From: Anaerorhabdus sp.
Lineage (GTDB): Bacteria > Bacillota_I > Bacilli_A > Erysipelotrichales > Erysipelotrichaceae
Assembly (NCBI RefSeq): GCF_036641015.1
Contig: NZ_JAVWFO010000001.1
Span: forward strand, 16,596 to 80,595
Direction of reading: 5' to 3'
DNA: 64,000 nucleotides
Part shown: positions 21,747-31,889 of the stretch, piece after piece
How the letters are laid out: the number at the start of each line of letters is the position of its first letter
Position numbering within the stretch: position 1 is the first letter of the stretch
Translations under genes and position numbers: made by a program
The notes under the pieces: generated by a model
Databases searched by the model: none
Told to the model about the DNA's origin: nothing
What the model saw: the letters and a program-made list of their open reading frames with translations, nothing else

Positions 21747-22118
21747 TTAGTCCTCCAATATACTATTAATAATATTCTTCAACTCATCATTACTTAATCC
21801 ATATTTTTTTGCTTCTTCAATAATATTTTTTAGTTTTTCACTTGTCTCTTGTTCTTTTAAATCCTTAAGTTTATTGAGGGATACTTTTTTGACAAAGCAT
21901 CCTTTACCTTGTCTTGTTTCAACGTAACCTTCTCTCTCCAAGTCATCATAAGCTCGTTTGATTGTGATGATAGCGATATTCAATTCTTTCGCCAAACTTC
22001 TAATTGATGGAAGTTGATCATTCTCCTTCAATACACCACTAAAAATCTTTTCTTTGATTTGCATAATCAATTGAAGATAGTTAGGTATATTAGATTTTTC
22101 ATCAATTTTAAGTATCAT
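21747..22118 (-). CDS. GntR family regulator, YtrA subfamily
   Basis: LPSIRSLAKEL..TIKRAYDDLEREG..GKGCFV, 123 aa. Confidence 0.93.
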   Translation of the reverse strand: MILKIDEKSNIPNYLQLIMQIKEKIFSGVLKENDQLPSIRSLAKELNIAIITIKRAYDDLEREGYVETRQGKGCFVKKVSLNKLKDLKEQETSEKLKNIIEEAKKYGLSNDELKNIINSILED

Positions 22119-22129
22119 AATCTCTCCTC

Positions 22130-22154
22130 ACTGTTATTATTGTATAGACACAGT
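22130..22154. promoter_or_regulatory. Putative YtrA-type GntR operator
   Basis: Imperfect palindrome ACTGTTATTATTGTATAGACACAGT between a TTGACA -35 and the RBS. Confidence 0.55.
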
Positions 22155-22194
22155 TAAATGTCAACAAAATTTAAAAAAAGAAGCAATCAATTGA

Positions 22195-23148
22195 TTACTT
22201 CAAATTAACATTAACTACTTCTTCTTTTATATCTTTAAGTGTTTTAGCACTTGCATCAAACTTTCCTTGATCAACTTCATTAAGTGGAATTTTTACAATG
22301 GATTCAATACCATTATGCCCAACTATCGCAGGAACACCAATATACATATCATTCCATCCATACTCGCCATCTTGATAAGCAGATACCGTAAGAATTGTAT
22401 GCTCATCGTTGAGTATAGCTTGTACTAAACGATTGAGCGCCAATCCAATTCCATAGAAAGTCGCTTTTTTTCGATTAATAATTTCATATGCTGCCTGTTG
22501 CACTTGGTGATAAATATCATTTAAATCGTTCAAATCTTTTCCTTTTTCATCTAAAAGTTCGAGTAAACATTTGCTTCCTACATAGGCATGTGTCCAAGGC
22601 ACAAAGCTTGAATCACCATGTTCTCCCATGATATATGCATGAATATTATTTGTAGAAATACTTAAATATTCACTCATGAGATAACGTAAACGTGCTGTAT
22701 CTAATATAGTCCCAGAACCTATTACTCTTTCTTTTACCAATCCAGAAACCTTCCATGCAACATAAGTCATAATATCAACTGGATTTGAGGCTATCACTAA
22801 TATGCCATCAAATCCTGAATTCATTACACTTTCAGTAATTGATTTTATAATCTTTGCATTAACAGATGTCATATCCAAACGTGATTGACCTGGTTTTTGT
22901 GCTGTACCTGCTGTAATAACAACAATTTCAGCATCATTACATTCCTCATAATCACCTGTTTTTATAATAATTTTATTTCTAGCATATGGTAACCCATGTT
23001 GTAAATCCATCGCTTCACCTAACGCTTTTTCTTTATCTACATCAATAAGGACTAGTTCATCTACTCCTCCAGTTGTTAAAAATGAATATGCCATACTCAT
23101 TCCGACAAATCCTGTTCCAACTAATACAACTTTTCTATCTTTTTTCAT
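22195..23148 (-). CDS. ldh: L-lactate dehydrogenase
   Basis: GTGFVG, SNPVD, GSGTILDTARLR, GEHGDS; start revised to ATG 23148 (AAGGAG SD). Confidence 0.95.
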   Translation of the reverse strand: MKKDRKVVLVGTGFVGMSMAYSFLTTGGVDELVLIDVDKEKALGEAMDLQHGLPYARNKIIIKTGDYEECNDAEIVVITAGTAQKPGQSRLDMTSVNAKIIKSITESVMNSGFDGILVIASNPVDIMTYVAWKVSGLVKERVIGSGTILDTARLRYLMSEYLSISTNNIHAYIMGEHGDSSFVPWTHAYVGSKCLLELLDEKGKDLNDLNDIYHQVQQAAYEIINRKKATFYGIGLALNRLVQAILNDEHTILTVSAYQDGEYGWNDMYIGVPAIVGHNGIESIVKIPLNEVDQGKFDASAKTLKDIKEEVVNVNLK

Positions 23149-23298
23149 AGCACTCCTTCCTTTCATAGCTATGTTATTAGTTTAACTAAAAGATACACAT
23201 TTGTAATCTAATATGCCCGTTTTATAGTATTGTGATAAAGTCACAGTAAACTCATCTAATTTTCTTTATACTATGAGTATAAAAGTGAGGAAATTATT

Positions 23299-23484
23299 AT
23301 GAAATTAGTTATTATCAATGAACGTTGTCCTAAAAATCATCAATGTCCAGCAATGCGAGTTTGTCCTGTAAATGCTTTAAGTCAAAATGGCTTTGATGCC
23401 CCAGTTGTTGATTTAGAAAAATGTATTCGTTGTGGTAAATGTGTGCAACTATGTCCTAAGAAAGCATTAATTTTAGAATCATGA
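23299..23484 (+). CDS. Small 4Fe-4S ferredoxin
   Basis: CPKNHQCPAMRVCP and CIRCGKCVQLCP. Confidence 0.88.
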   Translation: MKLVIINERCPKNHQCPAMRVCPVNALSQNGFDAPVVDLEKCIRCGKCVQLCPKKALILES

Positions 23485-23861
23485 AAATACTAAGTAAACT
23501 TACTATCATTACTCTTTTATTTATCACTGGCTGCTCTACTACTACTTATAAAACAATCTCTGCTGATGATGCCAAAGATAAAATGACTACATCTGAAAAT
23601 GTAGTTCTCCTTGATGTAAGAACTCCTAAAGAATATGAAGAAAAACATATTCAAGGTTCTATTTTAATCCCTGATTATGACATTGAAAATGAAATCGAAA
23701 CACAAATTTCAAACAAAGATACCACAATCATTGTTTATTGTCGCAGTGGTAATCGCAGTCGTAATGTTGCGCATAAGCTAACTAGTATGGGATATAAAGA
23801 TGTCTATGATTTAGGTGGAATAAGTAACTACCCTTACATTGAAGATATTGTTACAAATTGA
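23481..23861 (+). CDS. Rhodanese-domain lipoprotein
   Basis: Lipobox ITGC, LDVRTPKEY..HI.G, YCRSGNRS, LGGI. Confidence 0.9.
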   Translation: MKILSKLTIITLLFITGCSTTTYKTISADDAKDKMTTSENVVLLDVRTPKEYEEKHIQGSILIPDYDIENEIETQISNKDTTIIVYCRSGNRSRNVAHKLTSMGYKDVYDLGGISNYPYIEDIVTN

Positions 23862-23867
23862 AAATAA

Positions 23868-24452
23868 CTATTCAATGTATGAAATGTCAATTAATTTTTC
23901 ATTATCAAACACCAATTTGAAACAACTTGGTGTTTTAATTTTACCATCTATAATAATACGTTCATTAAAAATGATTTTTCTTTCTTTACATTTAGCATTT
24001 GTAACAGCAATCGAACAGTTTGATAAAAGGAATGAACATATTGCAGTAGCATGGCTTACAATCGCTATTGTTTGATTATCATCAACACGATTCAAATAGA
24101 AGTCTATCGCATCTACCATTCTCTTTCTAACATCATTTAGTGATTCTCCGCCAATATTTTTATAATCATAATCCGAATATTGGCGAGCCCAGAAATCATC
24201 AACAAGTTCTTCTTCCATGCCTAATCTTCTTTCACATAAGCGATCATCAACAGAATAATTAGAACTTATTATTTGCGCTGTTTGTACTGCTCGTACATAT
24301 GGTGAACAAAGAATACTATCAAAATCATCATACAAATCTGATAATAAATTTTTCATCTCTATAACACCTTGTTTTGAAATAGGAATACTTTCATTATGAT
24401 ATTTGGAATTTTCTTGCGGAGTAGTGTGTCGAAACAAATATATCGTTTTCAT
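23868..24452 (-). CDS. Histidine phosphatase (phosphoglycerate mutase) family protein
   Basis: YLFRH, SPYVRAVQTA, GGES, IVSH. Confidence 0.88.
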   Translation of the reverse strand: MKTIYLFRHTTPQENSKYHNESIPISKQGVIEMKNLLSDLYDDFDSILCSPYVRAVQTAQIISSNYSVDDRLCERRLGMEEELVDDFWARQYSDYDYKNIGGESLNDVRKRMVDAIDFYLNRVDDNQTIAIVSHATAICSFLLSNCSIAVTNAKCKERKIIFNERIIIDGKIKTPSCFKLVFDNEKLIDISYIE

Positions 24453-24556
24453 AATTTACCTAATACTTCTATTTTTATTTATCTAATTTGATATTACATT
24501 ATAAACGAAAATATTCAACTATTTAATAAAAAAGATGAGAATTTATCTCCCATCTC

Positions 24557-25927
24557 TTATAGATTTAATAATGCTTCTTCCTTATCTAGATTATTAATCG
24601 TTTCCTTTTTAACTTTACGCAAATAATATAAACTTAATACACAACAAATACCTTCTGTAATTGGAAATGAAATCCACGATACATTCAATCCAAATTGATG
24701 AGCTAATATATAAGTACATGGAACTAATAGTATCATTTGTCGTAATAATGTAATTATTAATGAATTTTTACCATGATCTAATGCTTGGAATACAGAACAA
24801 AGTATCATCGATACACCTGCAAACAAAAATGAGAAACTAATAATCCTCAATGCAGGTACACCAATTGCAAGCATATCCTCCTTAGCATCAAATAAATATA
24901 ATAATTGTTCTGGAAACAATTGGAAAACAATGGTTCCAGCAAGCATTATAATTGTTGCAAAAACCAAAGAAAAATTAATTGTTTCAATTATTCGTTTCTT
25001 ATTTTTTGCGCCAAAATTAAACGAAACAATAGGTATAATTGCATTGGTTATTCCTGCTACCGCCATAAATACAAACTGTTGTAACTTATAATAAATACTA
25101 AACACAGATACCGCAAGAGTAGAGAATTGAACTAAAATTACATTCATAAATACAGTCATAAAACTCATTATTGATTGCATTAAAATTGCAGGAATTGCTA
25201 TTTTATAAATATTTCTAACTAATCCTAAATCAAATTTAAATTCTCTAATATGTACTTGTATAAGTTTAATTTTATATTTAGTAATTACTATGCCTAAAAC
25301 CATAGCTATTAATTGTCCAATAACAGTTGCTACCGCTGCTCCTGTAACACCCATCGCCGGTAATCCAAAATATCCAAAAATAAATATAGGATCAAGTATT
25401 ATATTTACTAATGCTCCCACTCCTTGAATAATCATATTATAAACCGTGTTACCAGTTGATTGCATTATACGTTCATAAGTAATTTGAACAAATACCCCTA
25501 TCGAAAATATAGTACATATTTGCATGTAACTTATTCCCATACTCAATATCTCAGGATCAGTTGTAAACAATTGTAAAAATTGTTTAGAAAATAATACTCC
25601 AATTAGCGCAAAAACTAAACCATTAACTCCTGCCAACATCAATCCATGCAAGGCAACTTGTTCAGCATTCTTTTGTTTCCTAAGACCTAAATTCCTTGAT
25701 AATAACGCATTAATTCCAACACCTGTACCACAAGCAACAGCTACTAATATCATTTGTATCGGATAGCATAGCGAGACCGCAGTAAGTGCTGCTTCTGATA
25801 CCCTAGCAACAAACATACTATCTACAATATTGTAAAGCGCTTGTACTAACATTGATATGATAATTGGCAAAGACATAGTCATAATTAATTTGTTAATTTT
25901 CATACTTCCCATTTTATTTTCTTCCAT
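24557..25927 (-). CDS. MATE family efflux transporter
   Basis: LYNIVDSMFV, NIILDPIFIFG, GAAVATVIGQ; start revised to ATG 25927 (GGAGG SD). Confidence 0.93.
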   Translation of the reverse strand: MEENKMGSMKINKLIMTMSLPIIISMLVQALYNIVDSMFVARVSEAALTAVSLCYPIQMILVAVACGTGVGINALLSRNLGLRKQKNAEQVALHGLMLAGVNGLVFALIGVLFSKQFLQLFTTDPEILSMGISYMQICTIFSIGVFVQITYERIMQSTGNTVYNMIIQGVGALVNIILDPIFIFGYFGLPAMGVTGAAVATVIGQLIAMVLGIVITKYKIKLIQVHIREFKFDLGLVRNIYKIAIPAILMQSIMSFMTVFMNVILVQFSTLAVSVFSIYYKLQQFVFMAVAGITNAIIPIVSFNFGAKNKKRIIETINFSLVFATIIMLAGTIVFQLFPEQLLYLFDAKEDMLAIGVPALRIISFSFLFAGVSMILCSVFQALDHGKNSLIITLLRQMILLVPCTYILAHQFGLNVSWISFPITEGICCVLSLYYLRKVKKETINNLDKEEALLNL

Positions 25928-25944
25928 TATTTTGCCTCCATTCC

Positions 25945-26045
25945 AAACTAAAAGGAACCCGGGGTTCCTTGATTTATTCACTCTGATAGTTTCCAATGTT
26001 TTTATGCAAAGCGGACAGAAGACGTATGGGTCACGTTATCTGTAT
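25945..26045 (-). promoter_or_regulatory. Structured 5' leader with terminator; candidate guanidine-IV-like riboswitch
   Basis: P1 hairpin ACAGAtaACGT-GACCCAT-ACGTctTCTGT, then CCGCTTT, then terminator AAGGAACC-CCG-GGTTCCTT-TTAGTTT; upstream of a MATE gene. Confidence 0.55.
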
Positions 26046-26049
26046 GTCT

Positions 26050-26078
26050 ATTTTAACCAAAAACCAGTTAAATATCAA
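26050..26078 (-). promoter_or_regulatory. SigA promoter of MATE leader
   Basis: TTGATA-17 nt-TAAAAT, placing the start site at the base of hairpin P1. Confidence 0.6.
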
Positions 26079-26353
26079 ACTTTTATTACAATATCTTGTC
26101 TTTTCTCTATCACACTATTCATTTTTTATGTTTGCTATAATCTGAAACAACGCAGTGATAACATTTATAACTTCATTACTTACATTCCTACCGCTCTCCA
26201 CTATTTACTCAAATTTAGGTCAAGTATGATATTTCATTATCTTAATAGAATTAAGTAATAATCTATATTTTTCCTGCAATAATCACTTTTTTCACTTGTG
26301 AACATAAATAAATAGAGTATTATTAATGTGAAGATACTAAGGAGACTGCGCAT

Positions 26354-27256
26354 ATGGGAGAACTTAGTTTTATATTTAATGAAAAATATGAAAAAAATAA
26401 ATTACACGGTATTAATGGTGATGCTTCATGCCTTATTTATCAAGATAAAGATTTTGAATCACTAATTGAAATAATGCCAAAAGGAACTGTAGGATATATC
26501 TATACTATTCAAACAAGTTTAGTAGAATTTAGCTATATCTTAGAGGGAGAAATTGAATTTTTAGATGGTGAAACTACAATACTTCTTAAAAAAGGAGATA
26601 TCTATTTTCATCATTCACTACTTCATAACCACATTTTCCGTGTTACTAAAGCTGCTAAAGTTTTAAATTTAAATACTGGACCATACTACAATAGTTATGA
26701 AAAAGATGAAAATGATTTAATGACGGTATTAGAAAATCTTCAAAAAGTAGATGGTGATACTTTAGAACATTGTATAAGAGTTCGTCGTCTTTGTTTAGGA
26801 ATAGTATATTTTTTAAGAACTTGCATCGACCAATTAGATGACCTTTATTTTGCAGCTATATTTCATGATGTTGGAAAAGCAAAAATACCTACAGAAATAT
26901 TATTAAAACCTAGTAAGCTAAACAATGAAGAATATGAAATTATGAAGAAACACAGTCAACATACCTATGAAATGATAAAGGAACACTATGGCGATACAAT
27001 CGCTGAAATTGCTTATCAACATCATGAGAAACTCGATGGCACTGGGTATCCACGCGGACTTAAAGGTGATGAAATTTGCTTGTTATCACGTGTTATCACA
27101 GTGGCAGATGCTTATGATGCAATGGTTGTATCTAGACCCTATCACGTTGCTAAATCAATTCCCGATGCTATTAAGGAGCTTAGAAGATGTGAAGGAATTC
27201 AATTTGATGGTAGCGTTATAGATGCTCTAGAGATGTATCTATCAACACTAGAATAA
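26354..27256 (+). CDS. Cupin + HD-GYP c-di-GMP phosphodiesterase
   Basis: EFSYILEGEIEF cupin-like; FHDVGK, HHEKLDGTGYP, VADAYDAM. Confidence 0.88.
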   Translation: MGELSFIFNEKYEKNKLHGINGDASCLIYQDKDFESLIEIMPKGTVGYIYTIQTSLVEFSYILEGEIEFLDGETTILLKKGDIYFHHSLLHNHIFRVTKAAKVLNLNTGPYYNSYEKDENDLMTVLENLQKVDGDTLEHCIRVRRLCLGIVYFLRTCIDQLDDLYFAAIFHDVGKAKIPTEILLKPSKLNNEEYEIMKKHSQHTYEMIKEHYGDTIAEIAYQHHEKLDGTGYPRGLKGDEICLLSRVITVADAYDAMVVSRPYHVAKSIPDAIKELRRCEGIQFDGSVIDALEMYLSTLE

Positions 27257-27403
27257 ATTCAATTAAAATACCTTTTTATACTATTAAGTGTAAATAGGTT
27301 TTTTTATATTTTCATACTATAAAGTAGAACCAATAATTTGCTCATTTATAATAAAAACCTTATTATGGCATTAATTGTCCGTAACAAGGTTAATATAAAT
27401 TTA

Positions 27404-29539
27404 TTAATTAAGTTTTTTAATCTTTATATTATTTCTTCCACACTCTTTTACTTCATATAAAATACCATCAACATTGTAATACAAATCATCAAAGTCTATA
27501 ACTTTATCAAATATGAGTACTCCTATACTGATTGTCAACTTGTATTCTTTCTCAATTGTATCTAGATTTTTTATAAAGTTTTCACATAATTTCAAAATTT
27601 CTTCTTCGCTTCTAATAGAATCCAAATAAACCATGAATTCATCTCCGCCAAGTCGACCTGAGACGAAACTACTAAAACAGCTATTCAACAACTTACCAAA
27701 TTCTTCTAATAATCTATCACCTTCAAAATGTCCTTGTGTATCATTTATAATTTTAAAGTTATCTAGATCCATAGAAATAATTGCACCACTTGATTTTTTA
27801 TCTATATAAGACTGAACAATTTCTTTGAATGTTTGTTGATTATAAACTCCTGTTAGCTGATCATATTGAGCTAAACATTCATATTTTTTTCTTTCTTTAT
27901 GCAACTCTTTTTTCATTTGATTTGATTTATATAAGAATACAAGCAATGTACCTACAATCGCAAATGAAATTAATAAAACTAACGCAATAGATTCCATTGG
28001 ATTTTGTTTGAAATAATCTATTAACGTATACTTTTCTTTATCAAGTACATTATTATAAATAATATCATTAATACGATGTTGACTGATACCACTAATTCCT
28101 TGTTCAAGTATATTCATAATTCGATAATCTTGTTTGTTGTATAGTCCTATCGCTAAATCATAATTATCATAAATTGAAGGTATAATATTAACATTAGGAT
28201 AATATGATGAATAATATTGTGCACGATACCCATCAATATATGCCTCTTTATAAACGCCACTAGAGACTTTATTAAATAAATCTTTATCTTCATAATTCAC
28301 TTCAAATGTATGATTCAAATTTAAATATCCTGACATTGCAATAACGTTACTTTTAGATACAAATCCATTTGATATTCTAACTATAGGCAATTGTACAATA
28401 GATGATGTTAATAAGTATCCATTTTTTAATCCACTTGAATATTTTATAGGAACACCTAAAATCATATCAATAATACCATATTCAAAGTCTTCTTTAATAC
28501 TTCCTAAATCATCCATTTCCACATATTCAATCTTTAATCCAGTATTTTCACTAATTAAATTCATAATATCAATTAGAATACCTTTATATTCATTAGTTGA
28601 TGTATCAAAGTATTGTAGCGGATAGTTATTTGGAATTACCCCTACACGTAACACACGTAATTCATTCACTAATTGTTTCTCTTCCATTGTTAGTGATGTA
28701 GATAAATTTGGAGTTGAGTAGTATTTTTGATATAAACTATCCACAAAATTAGGGTCAATTATATTTAATTCACTCATTGCATCGTTAATAATTTCCATAA
28801 CACTTGTTTTACTCTCAGCAGATACGAAATAATATGGAGTTTTAACCAAATTATCAACGACTTTAAATGTTGTTGATTTTGTCGTGTCACGTCCAATAAT
28901 CAAATCAACTTCACCATCAACCAAAGCATTTTTTGTTTCTTTATAAGTAGCATATTCAACTATTTCTGGAGTAATCTTATTCTTAGAACAATACTCATCT
29001 AGATATTTTCTTTGATTTAAAGAAGTACTAATTATACCAATCTTAGTTTTTTCATTTTTTAATAATACACGTTGATTCATATCATCATTATTAGATAATG
29101 CTAATAACGAGGTGCTTACATGTCCATAAGAAAAGTCACTATACAGGTAACCCTCATCGAATCCACTATTTTTAAGCATCCCACCAATTAAATCAATTTC
29201 GCCTTCTTTTACTTTATTTAAAACATCTAAAATTTCTGCATCAACCGAATTATAATAAATAAATTCAAAATGAACAGGCGAAAACTGTTCCAATTTTGTT
29301 AAGTATTCATGAGTATATCCTGTAATATAATCATCGTTTAAGGCATCTGTATTATTACCTTCTTCAGTCAAAATAGCTACAGTTATTGTAGATCTTTCTA
29401 CCTTAGAGAAACTTGTATTTTCAGCACTTAGTGGGTTGCATAAAGATACAAAAATAAGGCATATAAAAAGAAGTAATAATGGTTTTCTAATTCTATTTAT
29501 TTTCATATTAGTTTCCTTTTGACGGTTATATTGTACCAC
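27404..29539 (-). CDS. Membrane diguanylate cyclase with two extracellular solute-binding (family 3-like) domains
   Basis: Signal peptide, two SBP-like repeats, one TM, DQLTG, DLDNFK..ND..GH..GD, RLGGDEF. Confidence 0.88.
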   Translation of the reverse strand: MVQYNRQKETNMKINRIRKPLLLLFICLIFVSLCNPLSAENTSFSKVERSTITVAILTEEGNNTDALNDDYITGYTHEYLTKLEQFSPVHFEFIYYNSVDAEILDVLNKVKEGEIDLIGGMLKNSGFDEGYLYSDFSYGHVSTSLLALSNNDDMNQRVLLKNEKTKIGIISTSLNQRKYLDEYCSKNKITPEIVEYATYKETKNALVDGEVDLIIGRDTTKSTTFKVVDNLVKTPYYFVSAESKTSVMEIINDAMSELNIIDPNFVDSLYQKYYSTPNLSTSLTMEEKQLVNELRVLRVGVIPNNYPLQYFDTSTNEYKGILIDIMNLISENTGLKIEYVEMDDLGSIKEDFEYGIIDMILGVPIKYSSGLKNGYLLTSSIVQLPIVRISNGFVSKSNVIAMSGYLNLNHTFEVNYEDKDLFNKVSSGVYKEAYIDGYRAQYYSSYYPNVNIIPSIYDNYDLAIGLYNKQDYRIMNILEQGISGISQHRINDIIYNNVLDKEKYTLIDYFKQNPMESIALVLLISFAIVGTLLVFLYKSNQMKKELHKERKKYECLAQYDQLTGVYNQQTFKEIVQSYIDKKSSGAIISMDLDNFKIINDTQGHFEGDRLLEEFGKLLNSCFSSFVSGRLGGDEFMVYLDSIRSEEEILKLCENFIKNLDTIEKEYKLTISIGVLIFDKVIDFDDLYYNVDGILYEVKECGRNNIKIKKLN

Positions 29540-29689
29540 AACTTACAAAAAACATTAAATAATACTGATTTTTAAATAAATATTTTATGTAACATTTAAG
29601 AACATTTAAAAATAACTTCACCTTTTCAAAAGAGTTTTATCCATATAATTGTCAAAAAAATGTGTTTTATTCATTACCATTTCAAATAG

Positions 29690-30445
29690 TCAAATAAATA
29701 TTTCATTATGTTTTCTATCTGTACAAGTCTTTTCTATCTGTTTTGAAGCAACTTGTACTAATAATGAATTTAGTTTTTTTGCTTTAGTTGGGCAAATAGT
29801 TATACATCTCATACAAGTTATGCATTCATCTTTATGTAATTTTCTAGGATTTTCAGAAGAAATAGCACCCACGGGACATAATTGAGCGCATAATCGACAA
29901 CTTGTACATTTATTCGTTGTATGTGGCTTTAATGGAATACCTTTATATTCTCTATAAGGATAATTTCCTAGAAGCGAAATAATTTTATACTTTTCTTCGC
30001 CAATCCTTGATTTTAACTGCTTAGAGAAATCTAGTAATTGTAACTTATCTTCATCATCAGGTCTATTGGTTGCGAATTTATGCATAATCGAATGTTCTGC
30101 GACTGCTGCAACTGCACCTACACAAACAAATCCCTTCTCTTTTACAAAATCTTGTAATTCTTTTAGTGTATCATCATACGCTCTATTTCCATATGAAACC
30201 ACAAGAATTACTTTTGTACTATTACCTATAAATTTTTCCATACGTTTTAAAGCAATCGATGGAACTCTACCTCCATATGATGGTACTCCAATAATGCATA
30301 AATCTTCTTCACCAAAACTATAATCATTTTTACAATCATGTTTACTTAAATCTATTTCATTTGTTACTACAAATTCTTTACTAATAATTTTAACAATTTT
30401 CTCCGTTGATTTTGTTGGACTAAAATATATCATATAATTGCTCAT
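29690..30445 (-). CDS. Flavodoxin-like/4Fe-4S protein (EFR1 family)
   Basis: YFSPTKST, PSYGGRVP, YGNRAYDD, two CxxCxxCxxxCP motifs. Confidence 0.85.
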   Translation of the reverse strand: MSNYMIYFSPTKSTEKIVKIISKEFVVTNEIDLSKHDCKNDYSFGEEDLCIIGVPSYGGRVPSIALKRMEKFIGNSTKVILVVSYGNRAYDDTLKELQDFVKEKGFVCVGAVAAVAEHSIMHKFATNRPDDEDKLQLLDFSKQLKSRIGEEKYKIISLLGNYPYREYKGIPLKPHTTNKCTSCRLCAQLCPVGAISSENPRKLHKDECITCMRCITICPTKAKKLNSLLVQVASKQIEKTCTDRKHNEIFI

Positions 30446-30613
30446 TATATTTCTCCTCTTATTGCTAAGTTATTCAACTTATCTAGCTTATTTTATTCTT
30501 TTACAACTTATAATACAATTAATAATATTGAAAACTCTTAAAGTCATTAAAAAACCTCGTTGTAATTGCTAATATCTTACATATTACATACCAGGTATAA
30601 TTTAATTAATATT

Positions 30614-31078
30614 TTATTTGTAGTTTAATGAATTGTAAAAATCATCTATTACTTTAAATATCTCTGCTCTATCAAATGAATAATAATCAGAATCGTTACA
30701 AAATATTCTTCCATTTTCAACTACTTCTAATCTTTGGATGACATTGTTGTCATTTGAAATATAAAAATCATAAAATGTGATTGGGTAATAAGGAAAGAAA
30801 TACCCTTCAGTTGTTTCATATAAATAATACAATGATTTATCTTCAAGTAAATTTGATAGCCTTTCAATATCCTCTTCTTTTAAATATATTGATTCGGATT
30901 TTTTATTCGCTGCTTCATCAACATAGTTTTTAATCACAATAACATTTGATGATCCTTCAAATCCTTCTTCTAAGTTAATTGATTTTGACAAATAGAAAAG
31001 AACAGAAATAATAATCAAAAAAATGAAAATAAAATATTTATGCTTAATTATATATTTCATAATTGACACACCTTTCAT
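30614..31078 (-). CDS. Hypothetical protein, N-terminal TM
   Basis: ORF with single hydrophobic anchor. Confidence 0.6.
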   Translation of the reverse strand: MKGVSIMKYIIKHKYFIFIFLIIISVLFYLSKSINLEEGFEGSSNVIVIKNYVDEAANKKSESIYLKEEDIERLSNLLEDKSLYYLYETTEGYFFPYYPITFYDFYISNDNNVIQRLEVVENGRIFCNDSDYYSFDRAEIFKVIDDFYNSLNYK

Positions 31079-31082
31079 AATA

Positions 31083-31646
31083 TTATCTAAACCAAACTAG
31101 TCTCAATATATTCATCTTTGCTTGGTTTTTTAAATCTGTGTATTCTTTTAAACTAGTAGCATCTAATTTTGGATTCTTAGCTTCAAATGGTATAACAAAG
31201 TAATCATTTTGTATAGAAGGACTATCTAAACTATTAATTTGAACATTAGTATCGTTAAAATCTATCGGGTAAATATCCCAACCATAAAATAATTCTGAAC
31301 ATTTATCATCTTTACAATCTTTTGGCAGATAGCTTATGGTTAGACTTATATATTCTTGATTTTTATATTCTATAATGCTTGGTTTCTTTACTTTTAAAGA
31401 CTTTGGCAAATCTAAATTCAAAGTTATTTTGAACTCATCTTCAAATAATGAGAAATGCCTCTTATTATCCAAATCATAATAATTTAAATCAATACTTTTT
31501 GTATTCTGTTTAAATTCGTCAACTAGTATAGAAAGATTATCAAATGGAATACTGGTAGTTGTTTTCTTAGATTCAATCACATTTCTATTAACGTTACATC
31601 CACTGATAAAGATTAGTGTAAGAGCTAGCATTATAATTTTTTTCAT
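31083..31646 (-). CDS. Hypothetical lipoprotein
   Basis: MKKIIMLALTLIFISGC lipoprotein signal; GGAGA SD before ATG 31646. Confidence 0.7.
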   Translation of the reverse strand: MKKIIMLALTLIFISGCNVNRNVIESKKTTTSIPFDNLSILVDEFKQNTKSIDLNYYDLDNKRHFSLFEDEFKITLNLDLPKSLKVKKPSIIEYKNQEYISLTISYLPKDCKDDKCSELFYGWDIYPIDFNDTNVQINSLDSPSIQNDYFVIPFEAKNPKLDATSLKEYTDLKNQAKMNILRLVWFR

Positions 31647-31889
31647 AGTATCTCCAGTCTCGTTTAACTTTTTACTTATTTTTATCACCATGATTTTAAA
31701 TAAACAATAGCTTTGTGATAATATGCCATTTAAGCGTGATAAATGGTAAGTTTTATTTGAAAATCACATTATAATATCATCTTTAAAATACAAAATAAAA
31801 CAACGAATTACAAGACTCATTGTCTAACCCGTTGTTTTATTGTCTAAGTGGTAACAATTTTAACTGATTTTATATAAATTGTATGTTTA

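Noticed and set aside
25857-26258. 133-aa plus-strand ORF
   Set aside because: Antisense to the MATE start and its structured leader; no SD or recognisable motif
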